NCBI GenBank assembly: GCA_963828845.1
Contig: CAWHGE010000007.1
Span: 26,021 to 90,020 of the forward strand
Direction: 5' to 3'
Source: an uncultured Chloroflexia bacterium
GTDB taxonomy: Bacteria > Chloroflexota > Anaerolineae > Anaerolineales > UBA4823
Length of the DNA stretch: 64,000 nt
Shown piece after piece: positions 1 through 9,748 of this stretch (positions are counted from its first letter, which is position 1; each line of letters starts with the position of its first letter). The position numbers and the translations under genes were made by a program. The notes under the pieces were generated by a model. It saw only the letters and a list, made by a program, of their open reading frames with translations, did no database searches and was not told the DNA's origin.

Positions 1-133
1 AAGAGATGGGTTGCTTGTATCCTTGTAATTATATTAATGGCTGGCAAAAAGAAGATAATTTTTCCATCTGAATGAACTTTTTGAGTAATGACTGAGTGTA
101 TTAATTAGGCTAAACAAACTAAAGGAGGAAATT

Positions 134-826
134 ATGCCAACTGTGCCTCACATTGAACGTCATTTCACAGCGAATGAGACGGTGCGGGATATCGTCATTG
201 GCATGTCTGATGGCTTGACAGTGCCTTTCGCCCTGGCAGCAGGTATATCTGGAGCCGTTGCTGTGACACACGTTGTGGTTACTGCCGGGCTAGCTGAAAT
301 TGCAGCAGGGTCAATCGCCATGGGGTTGGGTGGCTATTTGGCAGCTCGAACCGACTTTGAACACTACCTTTCAGAGCAGGGACGAGAAAATTACGAGATT
401 GATAATCTGCCAGAAAAAGAAAAAGAAGAAGTCGCCTATGTGTTTCGCGATTATGGTCTGAATGATGCACAGATAGGGCCGATCCTGGATGCCATGGTCC
501 AAGATCGAAAGAAATGGGTGGATTTCATGATGCGTTTTGAACTTGGTCTGGAAGCCCCCAACCCCAAGCGAGCCAGGATCAGCGCTTTGACGATTGGCTT
601 ATCGTATGTGGTAGGGGGATTTGTTCCACTGAGCCCGTATATATTGATCCACCAGATATCCAAGGCCTTGATTGTTTCTGTGGTAGTCACTTTGATTGCC
701 CTGTTCTTGTTTGGATATATAAAAGGGAGATTCACGGGATTGAAGTCATTAAGGGGCGGGTTGCAAACAGTTTTTGTGGGAGGGTTAGCAGCAGGAGTGG
801 CATTCTTACTTGCCAGACTGATCTGA
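134..826 (+). CDS. VIT1/CCC1-family Fe/Mn transporter
   Basis: 230-aa ORF with AAGGAGG Shine-Dalgarno just upstream. It has the MSDGLTVPFALAAG motif, a glutamate-rich cytosolic loop (EKEKEE) and several glycine-rich hydrophobic helices typical of the VIT family. Confidence 0.8.
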   Translation: MPTVPHIERHFTANETVRDIVIGMSDGLTVPFALAAGISGAVAVTHVVVTAGLAEIAAGSIAMGLGGYLAARTDFEHYLSEQGRENYEIDNLPEKEKEEVAYVFRDYGLNDAQIGPILDAMVQDRKKWVDFMMRFELGLEAPNPKRARISALTIGLSYVVGGFVPLSPYILIHQISKALIVSVVVTLIALFLFGYIKGRFTGLKSLRGGLQTVFVGGLAAGVAFLLARLI

Positions 827-833
827 TCACAAT

Positions 834-2026
834 ATGAAAAGCCAAAAGCTTCTTCTTTGCATTTTATGCTTTTCGGTTATATGTGGATGTAGCTCACGCT
901 TAACCTCACCTCCCACGGTGGTATTGCAAACCGAGACTAAAACCGTAGTTGTAACTCATTTGAAAGCAGTTCACAGATTACGCCATCTCCGAAACCGAGA
1001 ATATCTCCTGAAATTGAGCATAGCATCGAAAGACTAGTGAAAAATATTCTAGATGAGGGGATCTTAGCCGGGCTGACAGTAGGCGTACGGTATGGGGATC
1101 AATTGCCTCTTATTGTGGGTTATGGTTATGCTGACAACGAGGCTCAAATACCAGCGGAGGCTGATACTGTTTATATGCTTGGCTCTGTTACCAAGCAGTT
1201 TACTGCGGCAGTAATCATGCATCTAATGGAGCATGGTGCTTTAGGATTGGATGATCCCATCTCACGATATCTCAAAGACATCCCCCAAAGGTGGGAAATT
1301 GTAACTATTCGTCAACTATTAACTCATACCGGAGGAATCCCAAATTATTCCACTGATTCCATGGGATTCGACATTTCGCAATTTTATACACCTGAAGAAT
1401 TGATGGTTAAGTTCACTAAATGGAATTTACTGGACTTTGAACCTGGTACAAGATGGGAATACAGCAACAGGGGTTATTTTCTGTTAGGGATGATCATCAA
1501 ACAAATCACTGGACAAGACTATGGCGATTACCTCCAACAACATATCCTTGGACCTTTGGGTTTGGAAAATACAAAATCATGCATCATACCCGGTCAAAAC
1601 CTGGCGCAGGGATACCGCATCAAGACTCTGGGCGGTGAGATTGAATCAGCCCCTACTGTAAATGCAAGCGTTGCATACGGAGCGGGTGATCTGTGTAGCA
1701 CTGCAGGAGATTTATTGGAATGGCAGGAGGTTTTAGCAACTGGGCGGGTGGTTAGCGAGGAATCCTACCAGATGATGATTAGTCCAATAGAACTTCCTGA
1801 TGGAACACAGACGGGTTATGGTTTTGGTCTAGAAATAGCAGAAAAGGACGGGAGATTGGTGATTTTTCACGCCGGTGGAATACCTTCAGGTTTTATGACA
1901 TTGCTATCCTATTACCCCGAAGAAAATTATCGAATTGTATTATTAACGAATACTATGACCCCTGCATACAATCCTCTAGTTTCACTAGAAAAGTCGATAA
2001 CAGAATCAATATTAACCATCCCATAG
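834..2026 (+). pseudogene. lipoprotein serine hydrolase (beta-lactamase/PBP-related family), one frame break as assembled
   Basis: ORF 834-1037 encodes essentially only a lipoprotein signal (LLLCILCFSVICGCSS). The 1037 frame is open back to 941 (TPSPKPRISPEIEHSIERL) and carries SxxK (SVTKQF) and YxN (YSN) motifs. A break near 900-945 would join signal and enzyme. Confidence 0.6.
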
Positions 2027-2318
2027 ATATATCAGTCATGGACCGAAATTCGGTTTTGCAGGTTAAATAAAATAAACCGTAGGCAGAGAGATTTTATCGA
2101 AACGATAAGGAAGCTCACTCCCAAATCATCGAGCACAACCTAGCAGAGAGTTGTAGACTAATGGTAATATATGATGAATGACACATGACATCCTAATCAC
2201 TCTTTGGTTTAATAATTCGTCTTCTCTGAACTTCCTTGAAAGGATGTCTTGCTAACCCATAAGATCAAATAATAAGTAGATGGATAAACTGTTTCTGAGA
2301 ACCGCAGAGGAGGTATGA

Positions 2319-3435
2319 ATGGCACAATCAGCAGCGAATATCAAGCGAATCGCCATCTGCACTGGAGGGGGTGATGCTCCTGGTTTGAATGCGGTCATCC
2401 GGGCAGCTGTACTCTCAGCCATCAACCGGGACTGGGATGTTTATGGCATCCGCGATGGTTACAATGGGCTTGCTCATGCCTGAACAGTTTATCGAAGGCG
2501 GGTTGATCCGCCTGACACGCGAAAAAGTGCGAGGCATCACTCATCTTGGGGGAACGATCATCGGCACCACCAATCGGGGCAATCCGCTCAAATATCCGAT
2601 CCAAGGACCGGATGATACTGTGATCGAAATCGACCGCTCGGATGAGCTGATTCGTGCCTTTAAGCTGCACCAGATCGATGCACTCATCTCGGTCGGCGGG
2701 GATGGCTCGATGGTAGATTGCCAACGAGCTGGCAAAGAAAGGGCTGTGGGTGGTGGGGGTACCCAAGACGATCGACAATGACCTGGAAAAGACAGTCATT
2801 ACATTTGGTTTTGACACTGCATGTTCATTTACGGTGGAATGCCTGGACCGTCTGCATACCACAGCGGCTTCTCACAACCGTATGATCGTGATGGAAGTTA
2901 TGGGACGATATGCTGGCTGGATCGCACTGGAAAGTGGGCTGGCTGGCTCGGCTGATGTAATCCTGATCCCGGAAATCCCATATGACTTAAGAAGGTTGCT
3001 GAGAAGATCCACGACCGCGAAGAACGGGGAAGCCTGTTTTCCATCGTTGTTGTGGCTGAGGGAGCAAAGCCGAAGGGAGGAAGTATTTCAGTGATCAGCC
3101 GGGAATCAGGACGTGCTGAACGGTTGGGAGGGTGTGGCGAAAAAGTAGCGGAGGAACTACAGGAACTCACTGGTAAGGAAACTCGCCTGGTCGTATTGGG
3201 GCACTTACTGCGAGGCGGTTCACCAACCCGGTTTGACCGCTTGATCGCTCAGCGGTTTGGTGCGGCAGCAGTGCGTGCGATTGCGGATGGTGAGCGGGGC
3301 ATTATGGTAGCACTCGATCCGCCGACGGTTAAATACGTCCCACTGGAAGCTGCCACGAAACGCATGAAAACTGTGCCATTAAATTCAGATATCATGTTGA
3401 CGGCACGTGATATGGGGATCTGTTTTGGAGATTAA
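2319..3435 (+). pseudogene. pfkA: 6-phosphofructokinase (PfkA family), at least 3 frame breaks as assembled
   Basis: Pieces in three frames read colinearly: [29 protein letters not shown] (ATG 2319 after GAGGAGG), [57 protein letters not shown]. Breaks lie near 2460, 2710 and 2990. Confidence 0.85.
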
Positions 3436-3453
3436 GAATCTCCGAATTCACGA

Positions 3454-4111
3454 TCAAAATAGGGAAGTAACCTGATCATCGGTTAATCGATCCATTGTTT
3501 CGACCACAATATCCGCCCTGGTGAGTGCCTCCGGCGGATTTGTGGTTGTGACCGCAATACAGCGCATATTAGCCCGGTAGGCAGCTTCTATCCCTGGGAT
3601 GGAATCCTCGATGACCAGGCAATATTGAGGAGACTCACCAAGTTGCTTAGCAGCAAGAAGGAAAACTGCCGGATCGGGTTTACCGGGTAGGTTACCAGGG
3701 GTAACCAGGGCATCAAAGTACTTACGTATACCCAGCTCATCCACCAGGGTTTCTACATTTTCTGGTGGGGCAGAGGAGGCGACTGCCTGCTTACAGCCCA
3801 ATGATCGAAAACGCCCCAACCAATCCACCACCCCCGGTAAAGGGAAGAGATGACCAGGAAGGGCGAGCCTGAAAGCCAGCTCCTTTTGAGCGGCAATCCG
3901 CTCGATCCATTGCGGTTCCAATGGCCGACCTGCCAGATATGGAAGCAAATCGTGATTCTTTAGGCCGTAGATTTTGTGAAATTTCTGTCTGTCAAATGGT
4001 ATGCCTTGTTCAGTCGAGAACACGTTCCCAGGTTTCGAAATGCAGTGGACTGGTATCTGCGAGCACACCATCCATATCCCATAAAATGGCTTTAGGAAAA
4101 GACATGGGCAT
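3454..4111 (-). pseudogene. HAD-superfamily hydrolase (beta-phosphoglucomutase-like), one frame break
   Basis: The N-terminus MPMSFPKAILWDMDGVLADTSPLHFETWERV (HAD motif I DxDG) is in a different frame from the long ORF. That ORF carries GKPDPAVFL and LVIEDSIPGIEAA (motifs III/IV). The break is near 4020. Confidence 0.75.
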
Positions 4112-4300
4112 GATTGTACCACCGGGATTGATGATATGACTTCACCTTTCTGGAATAAATGGCCGTACCTGAAAAAACAATCTATTAAGGAATGGAATGG
4201 AAATTTCAGGTGGAAGAGATTAATCTCCCCAATTACTCAGGAAATCTTAGCTGGAACTTGACAACCTCTGATAGATTATTATTGGAAAGGAGGATTGACG

Positions 4301-4880
4301 ATGGAAACCCTGGTGAACGCAAAGGATTTAGTGCTCTTTTGGGTGCAGCCGAGGGCTACAAGGCGTAATTTTATCCTAAGGTCGGGTGAAAGGATATTTG
4401 GTAAGCTTGATTTCCGCTCAGGATTTGATTCTCTGGCTGAAGCGATCTCTGCCAATGGGACCTGGACATTCAAACAGGTAGGCTGTTTCTCACCCCATGT
4501 GACAGCACGATGGGCAGGTTCAAATATAGATCTGGTGACCTGTCACACTAGTTGGATTGGAACTGAAAGACAGATGAAATTTTCTAGCGGAGAGATTTAT
4601 CTTTGGAAAGTAGCAAATTTTTGGGCAACCAGCTACACTGTTAGCAGTGGAAGATGGGGTTGAGTTAGTCACTTATCGATCTGGCTCTGACGAGATGAAT
4701 ATTACCAACCTATTCAAACATCAAGCGCAAGTACATATCTCACTTGATGCGTGGCAACTGGCTGAGTTGCACCAAATTGTCTTGCTAGGTTGGTACCTGG
4801 TACTATTGCAACAAGAAGATTCAGCCGCTAGTGGCGGTAACGGGCGCTTTAGGGTGATGGTAGCCAACAGCTTTCTCTGA
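4301..4880 (+). pseudogene. hypothetical protein (two ORF pieces, probably one gene)
   Basis: ATG 4301 lies 8 nt after GGAAAGGAGG. ORFs 4295-4663 and 4647-4880 overlap in different frames and read on as one polypeptide. I recognise no family. Confidence 0.35.
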
Positions 4881-4952
4881 ATGACGATACATCATAAATT
4901 GGGGCATTTATTTTTCAGGATGGTTGTCATATCGTTCAGGTGATACCCTGCC

Positions 4953-4981
4953 TTGAATGCCACCTTCCATTGACTTATAAT
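4953..4981 (+). promoter_or_regulatory. sigma70-type promoter of the arsR operon
   Basis: TTGAAT (4953-4958), a 17-nt spacer, then TATAAT (4976-4981), about 65 nt upstream of the arsR ATG. Confidence 0.5.
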
Positions 4982-5005
4982 ATATTCAGAATATTGAATA
5001 TATTA
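4978..5005 (+). promoter_or_regulatory. ArsR/SmtB-type operator (perfect 11-6-11 inverted repeat)
   Basis: TAATATATTCA-gaatat-TGAATATATTA. It overlaps the -10 hexamer and the expected transcription start, and its TTCA/TGAA cores resemble known ArsR/SmtB operators. Confidence 0.55.
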
Positions 5006-5045
5006 ATGCTCATACTTTTTTGAATGGTGTATTTAAATCAATCCC

Positions 5046-5426
5046 ATGGCAGCAATTACCCCTCCGGCAAATATATTTAAGGCTCTGATGCACCCCTCAC
5101 GACTAACCATCCTGGAAATCCTGCGTGATGGAGAGCAATGCGTTTGTCATCTGGAAGCTGTGTTGGGATGTCGCCAGGCATATATCTCACAGCATTTAAT
5201 GGTGCTGCGCGAAGCCGGTTTGGTTGAAGATCGACGTGATGGAGCGCGCATATACTACCGAGTGATTAAACCGGAAGTATTTAGCCTGGTGGAGGCTGCG
5301 ATCCGGTTGGGTGGCGTAGAAGCTCTTCAAGTGAGCCATTCCAAGGTGAAAGATTGCCCCTGCCCGAAGTGCAATCCATCAGCAGCTGGTAATGATATAA
5401 ATGATGAGATGGTTGGAGAGGATTAG
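5046..5426 (+). CDS. arsR: ArsR/SmtB-family metalloregulator
   Basis: Winged-helix signature PSRLTILEILRDGEQCVCHLEAVLGCRQAYISQHLMVLREAGLV with a CVC motif in helix alpha3. There is an extra C-terminal cysteine cluster, DCPCPKC. Confidence 0.85.
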   Translation: MAAITPPANIFKALMHPSRLTILEILRDGEQCVCHLEAVLGCRQAYISQHLMVLREAGLVEDRRDGARIYYRVIKPEVFSLVEAAIRLGGVEALQVSHSKVKDCPCPKCNPSAAGNDINDEMVGED

Positions 5427-5435
5427 TGCAAGCCC

Positions 5436-5885
5436 ATGATGGATTACCTCGAATTTACAATTGACAAATTTACCTTTAGAACTGCTACCGACCGTTTTTA
5501 TAATGACGAGGGCGTGTGGGCGAAACCAGAAAACAATCATGTTCGCATCGGGATTTCCGATTACTTACAGCAACGCAGTGGTGACGTGGCTTTTGCAGAG
5601 ATCAAGCAGGTCGGGACAACTGTTGCCTTTGGTGATGAACTTGTGGTTATTGAAACCATCAAGGTGAATATCAGTTTGACGTCACCGGTGGCAGGCAGGG
5701 TGGTTGAGGTTAATCCAGCGATGGAGACCTCACCGGAAGTCATCAATCAGGACCCATACGAGGCTGGATGGCTGGTGATAATCGAAGCTATAGAATGGGC
5801 AATCGATCGGAAGCATTTATTAGAACCGCAAGCTTATTTCGCCAAAATAAAGCTGGAGGCTGATCAGGAGGTCAAGAAAGAATGA
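5436..5885 (+). CDS. glycine-cleavage H-like lipoyl/biotinyl carrier protein
   Basis: GcvH fold signature: VRIGISDYLQQ, then DELVVIETIKVNISLTSPVAGRVVEVN with the conserved carrier lysine (ETIKV). It starts 9 nt after the arsR stop. Confidence 0.75.
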   Translation: MMDYLEFTIDKFTFRTATDRFYNDEGVWAKPENNHVRIGISDYLQQRSGDVAFAEIKQVGTTVAFGDELVVIETIKVNISLTSPVAGRVVEVNPAMETSPEVINQDPYEAGWLVIIEAIEWAIDRKHLLEPQAYFAKIKLEADQEVKKE

Positions 5886-6316
5886 CTAATATCGGTCAAA
5901 AAGGTAAGGTCATCATCGTCCCCTGCAGCGGAATTGGTAAAACCTATGGCACTGTCAGCCGCCAAGCCGCGTATAGCGTCACAGAAGATTTACGACCCGA
6001 TGATACACGATTAGTAGCGCTTTCTAAATTGGTCCTGGGAGATGAAGAGGCACGTTCCATAGTAGGAGTTAATCCTGCCATCACCATAGATGGCTGTAAG
6101 TTAGCGTGTGCCACAAAAATGGTGCGGGAAAGTGGCGGAAGGATCGCACGGGATTATGCCGTTTTGGATGTATACCGCCGGTATAAGCAATTTAAACCAC
6201 AAGGTATTGCTGAGCTGAATGCTGGTGGGGAGCAGTTGGCTCTTGCTCTGGCAAATGAGATCATTCAGGTGGTGGATGAGCTTATCTCCATCAAGGGAGG
6301 AGAAGAAAATGGTTGA
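5882..6316 (+). CDS. DGC-domain putative zinc-binding protein
   Basis: VIIVPCSGIGKTYG ... ITIDGCKLAC matches the Pfam DGC family layout (CSG near the N-terminus, DGC motif followed by Cys). It overlaps the upstream stop by 4 nt. Confidence 0.7.
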   Translation: MTNIGQKGKVIIVPCSGIGKTYGTVSRQAAYSVTEDLRPDDTRLVALSKLVLGDEEARSIVGVNPAITIDGCKLACATKMVRESGGRIARDYAVLDVYRRYKQFKPQGIAELNAGGEQLALALANEIIQVVDELISIKGGEENG

Positions 6317-7052
6317 CCTGCCTAAGAAGAAAGTAGGGATTGTTGCTTGCTCGGGAGAGGAATTAGCTGAAGGCACTGTCACACGCCTGGCAGCCTTGCG
6401 GGTGCTGGAAAAATTGCGGCCGAGCGATACTGTAACCATCTGTCTGCCGCTTTTTTTAGCGGGTGGTGAGGGTGACCGGGCTTTTGCGAAATTCTACCCG
6501 ACGATCTCGGTAGATGGGTGTGAGCTGCGTTGCGCAGAAAAGGCTACTGCGAAATATTCAAATAAACCGGCGGCGAGTATCATGGTGCGGGATTTGATAC
6601 ATGAAAATCAGCTCGACCAACCGCAAGGGCAACGCCGCTTGAATACCGCTGGAGTACGAGCGGTTGACATCACAGCGGAGAAGATTGCAAACACAGTCGA
6701 TGAGCTGTTAGGAAAGCAATGGAACCGCAAGCTGGGAGAGCTCATCCAGCTTGAGACAATCGATGAGTATCAAACGAAGACGGATCAAGAACAAGACATA
6801 GCCACCTGTGGGTGTGGCTCTGGGATACCCATCCAGAATGTAATCATTGCAGGAAAGGAAGTAACACTTGTCGGATTGCCACTGATATTTCAACAATTTG
6901 CCGAAGCGGGAAAAACCCCCACCGAAGAAAATGTGGGAGAACTGATGGACACTCTCAAAATATACAATTCAATTCCTGATGAAGAAGAATTAGCATATAG
7001 GGATGCCATACGAAAAGCATACATGAATTTTTGGTTCAAGGAAAAAGATTGA
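6309..7052 (+). CDS. DGC-domain protein, longer paralogue with extra C-terminal domain
   Basis: ATG 6309 (ATGGTTGA overlap with the upstream stop). VGIVACSGEELAEG ... ISVDGCELRC, plus a C-terminal part with CGCGSG. The ORF-track start 6219 is an in-frame upstream extension. Confidence 0.7.
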   Translation: MVDLPKKKVGIVACSGEELAEGTVTRLAALRVLEKLRPSDTVTICLPLFLAGGEGDRAFAKFYPTISVDGCELRCAEKATAKYSNKPAASIMVRDLIHENQLDQPQGQRRLNTAGVRAVDITAEKIANTVDELLGKQWNRKLGELIQLETIDEYQTKTDQEQDIATCGCGSGIPIQNVIIAGKEVTLVGLPLIFQQFAEAGKTPTEENVGELMDTLKIYNSIPDEEELAYRDAIRKAYMNFWFKEKD

Positions 7053-7522
7053 TGAGCCAAATTTCCACCTATCATACGATCGTCTCATGGAAGGGTGAGC
7101 ACTTAGGGCACATCACCATGGGCAACGGACCCGAAATGGAATTTTCAGCGCCGCCCGATGCCAAAGGACTGCCTGGTGTGCTTACCCCTGAAGACGCATT
7201 TGTGGGTGCGGTGAATACTTGCATCATGATGATGTTTCTGTGGTCATGTGAACGATTAAAATTGAAGTTGGTATCATATGAATGCCATGCTGAAGGCACC
7301 AAACTGGTTGAGCTGGATCATACTGAAGTATTCGCTATAATTCGCCTTTTTCCTGAAATCCGCGTGATGGCTGGTGATGAGATGCCTACCAGCGTCGAAG
7401 CTCGAATTCAAAGGGCGTTGAAATCAGCGCAAAAGTATAGTCTGGTGGCAAATTCAATCAAGTCGGAGGTGATGATTGACCCGATAATTGAGGTCATTGA
7501 AAGTACCAAAGGAGCAAACTAG
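7052..7522 (+). CDS. OsmC/Ohr-family protein
   Basis: About 156 aa with typical OsmC features (SAPPDAKGLPGVLTPEDAFVGAVNTCIMMMF, second Cys in YECHAEG). ATG 7052 overlaps the upstream TGA. Confidence 0.7.
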   Translation: MSQISTYHTIVSWKGEHLGHITMGNGPEMEFSAPPDAKGLPGVLTPEDAFVGAVNTCIMMMFLWSCERLKLKLVSYECHAEGTKLVELDHTEVFAIIRLFPEIRVMAGDEMPTSVEARIQRALKSAQKYSLVANSIKSEVMIDPIIEVIESTKGAN

Positions 7523-7575
7523 GTTTTCAAGGTAATCAGGCAAACTATTTACATTTTTTTCTTAGGAGGTTCGTA

Positions 7576-7878
7576 ATGCTTACTGTAAAAGTTCTAGGAT
7601 CAGGTTGTGAAAATTGCAAAAAGGTCGAGGGGATCGCGCGCAAAGTGGTAACCATGATGGGCATGCAGGCGGAAGTGATCAAGGTGACCGACTGGACAGA
7701 GATAAAAAAGTACCCCATATTAGGGACACCCGGACTGGTAATCAATGAAAAGGTTGTTTGCGCTGGACGCATCCCAACTGAAGCCGAGGTCACCACTTGG
7801 CTGGTAAACGCTGAGATGGCAGACAGCTTAAAATGGCTACCTCCAAAGCTTCTGCTATTGACCAAGCTGGGGGTGTAG
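7576..7878 (+). CDS. small thioredoxin-fold protein (redox-active disulfide protein 2 type)
   Basis: [16 protein letters not shown] ... [17 protein letters not shown] is the classic ~77-aa family often found beside arsenic permeases. AGGAGG SD. The last ~23 aa are an unusual extension overlapping acr3. Confidence 0.75.
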   Translation: MLTVKVLGSGCENCKKVEGIARKVVTMMGMQAEVIKVTDWTEIKKYPILGTPGLVINEKVVCAGRIPTEAEVTTWLVNAEMADSLKWLPPKLLLLTKLGV

Positions 7879-8912
7879 TTCGCCAGCTATCCTTTCTTGA
7901 CCGATATCTTACCCTATGGATCTTCCTGGCAATGGTGGTAGGCGTTGGACTGGGGTATTTATTTCCAGAGGCGGTGAAAACCTTCAACTTGCGAGTTTCA
8001 GTTGGGACGACCAACATCCCGATTGCCATCGGTTTGATCCTGATGATGTACCCTCCCCTGGCAAAAGTGCATTATGACGAATTGGGAGATGTCTTTAAGA
8101 ATTGGAAAGTCTTGGGTTTGTCGCTGGTGCAAAACTGGGTGATTGGTCCGATCTTGATGTTCGTTCTGGCAATCGTCTTCCTACGAGCTTACCCGGCGTA
8201 TATGGTAGGTTTGATTATGATTGGCTTGGCTCGCTGCATTGCCATGGTGATCGTGTGGAATGAGCTGGCGAAGGGAGACACGGAATACGCGGCCGGTCTG
8301 GTGGCATTCAACAGCATTTTCCAGGTCTTATTCTATAGCGTTTACGCTTATGTATTCATCACAATCCTGCCTACCTGGTTTGGCTTGCATGGGAGTATCG
8401 TAGCCATCACGATTGGTCAGATTGCCAAAAGTGTGTTTATCTACCTGGGGATTCCATTTATTGCAGGTTTCATCACCAATATGGTCTTGACCCGCACCAA
8501 AGGGAAAGACTGGTTTTACAAAAAATTCATCCCCAAGATCAGCCCCCTAACCCTGATCGCATTGCTCTTTACCATTGTAGTCATGTTCAGCTTGAAGGGT
8601 AATCTCATTGTCACCATCCCGCTGGATGTTGTGCGCATCGCCATCCCATTACTGATCTACTTTGTGATCATGTTCCTGGTAAGTTTTGCAATGGGCAAAT
8701 TGGTTGGCGCAGACTACAAACAGACGACCACGCTGTCGTTCACTGCGGCCAGCAATAACTTCGAGCTGGCGATTGCCGTAGCCGTGGCAGTGTTTGGGAT
8801 CAATTCGGGAGAAGCCTTCACGGCGGTAATAGGCCCATTGGTAGAGGTACCGGTGATGATTGGTTTGGTGAATGTGGCTTTCTGGTTGAAGAAGAGATTA
8901 TTTAGCGGATGA
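7833..8912 (+). CDS. acr3: ACR3-family arsenite efflux permease
   Basis: 359 aa, about 10 hydrophobic helices. N-terminal [16 protein letters not shown], then MMYPPLAKV and [14 protein letters not shown] motifs characteristic of ACR3. Confidence 0.9.
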   Translation: MATSKASAIDQAGGVVRQLSFLDRYLTLWIFLAMVVGVGLGYLFPEAVKTFNLRVSVGTTNIPIAIGLILMMYPPLAKVHYDELGDVFKNWKVLGLSLVQNWVIGPILMFVLAIVFLRAYPAYMVGLIMIGLARCIAMVIVWNELAKGDTEYAAGLVAFNSIFQVLFYSVYAYVFITILPTWFGLHGSIVAITIGQIAKSVFIYLGIPFIAGFITNMVLTRTKGKDWFYKKFIPKISPLTLIALLFTIVVMFSLKGNLIVTIPLDVVRIAIPLLIYFVIMFLVSFAMGKLVGADYKQTTTLSFTAASNNFELAIAVAVAVFGINSGEAFTAVIGPLVEVPVMIGLVNVAFWLKKRLFSG

Positions 8913-9175
8913 TTGATCTAAAGATTCTCAGTTATCATTCCGCTCAGCGTTATGCGGTTAGACAAACCGTGGTGGCAGCACAGAGAATCCTACAAAATGA
9001 ATACCCAGGATTGAAAATTGTCATCACAGAGTTGAAAGACTGGGTTCACATTGAACAATATACACCGGTACTATCAGCGCCGAGCCTGGTGGTGAACGAA
9101 AAGCTGGTTTGTGTGGGCAGATTTCCATCAAAGCAGGAAATACTCGATTGGATGAAGAAGGCAATTGGAGAATGA
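8909..9175 (+). CDS. thioredoxin-fold paralogue lacking the CxxC motif
   Basis: Same fold register as 7576 ([26 protein letters not shown]), but the GxGCxxC position reads SYHSAQR. The start overlaps the acr3 stop by 4 nt. Confidence 0.6.
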   Translation: MIDLKILSYHSAQRYAVRQTVVAAQRILQNEYPGLKIVITELKDWVHIEQYTPVLSAPSLVVNEKLVCVGRFPSKQEILDWMKKAIGE

Positions 9176-9211
9176 ATAGGAATGGTCAAGTAAAAAATAT
9201 ACCCCGTTTGT

Positions 9212-9747
9212 ATGCTTAGGGAAAATATCAATATGTTCCTTGAATCGATCACCTTGACCAAAATCTTACCTTGCCTGGCGGAACCTGGCAAGATCATTGT
9301 GATCGGTGAGCCATCACAGAAGCTGGATGACGTGCTACCCTATCTGGCTACTCTACCCAATGTGATCTCTTACAATCCCGATACCTGCACGCTGACTCTT
9401 CGTCGCCAACCGGGATTCATCTCCCTGTATTCCAATAAAGCTTATATCACTAAGGTAAAGGACACTGAAGAGGGGTTGGAATTATTCCAAGCACTGGTGG
9501 ATGCCATCAATGCAACCTGGAAACACCGGGATGAGCTGGTGGCGATGACCTCTCGTAAACATGCTCCACGCCCGCTGGATATATGGACCTTACTCCCACA
9601 AACTAATTGTAAAAAATGTGGAGAGGCAACCTGCATGGCATTTGCCTGCAACTTGCTATTACAACAACGAACTCTGAAGAATGCTTGCCGTTACGGCAAG
9701 ACGTGGCCTTCTCTGAGCGAATGGCGACCCTGGAGACAATGCTTTAA
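9212..9747 (+). pseudogene. 4Fe-4S-domain (CFeSP/RnfB N-terminal type) protein, C-terminal 24 aa shifted as assembled
   Basis: LPQTNCKKCGEATCMAFACNLL. After a 1-nt shift near 9674-9680 the sequence reads EECLPLRQDVAFSERMATLETML-TAA (stop 9745-9747), restoring C-x2-C-x4-C-x16-C. The same C-terminal sequence recurs at 12700-12790. Confidence 0.6.
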
Positions 9748-9748
9748 C

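Noticed and set aside
7807-7878. The 23-aa C-terminal extension of the thioredoxin-fold protein overlapping acr3 by 46 nt, as a possible functional tail or hidden frameshift.
   Set aside because: Both other frames have stops within about 15 nt of the family's normal end (..TTWL). An undetected indel or simple late stop is equally likely, and the sequence alone cannot decide.
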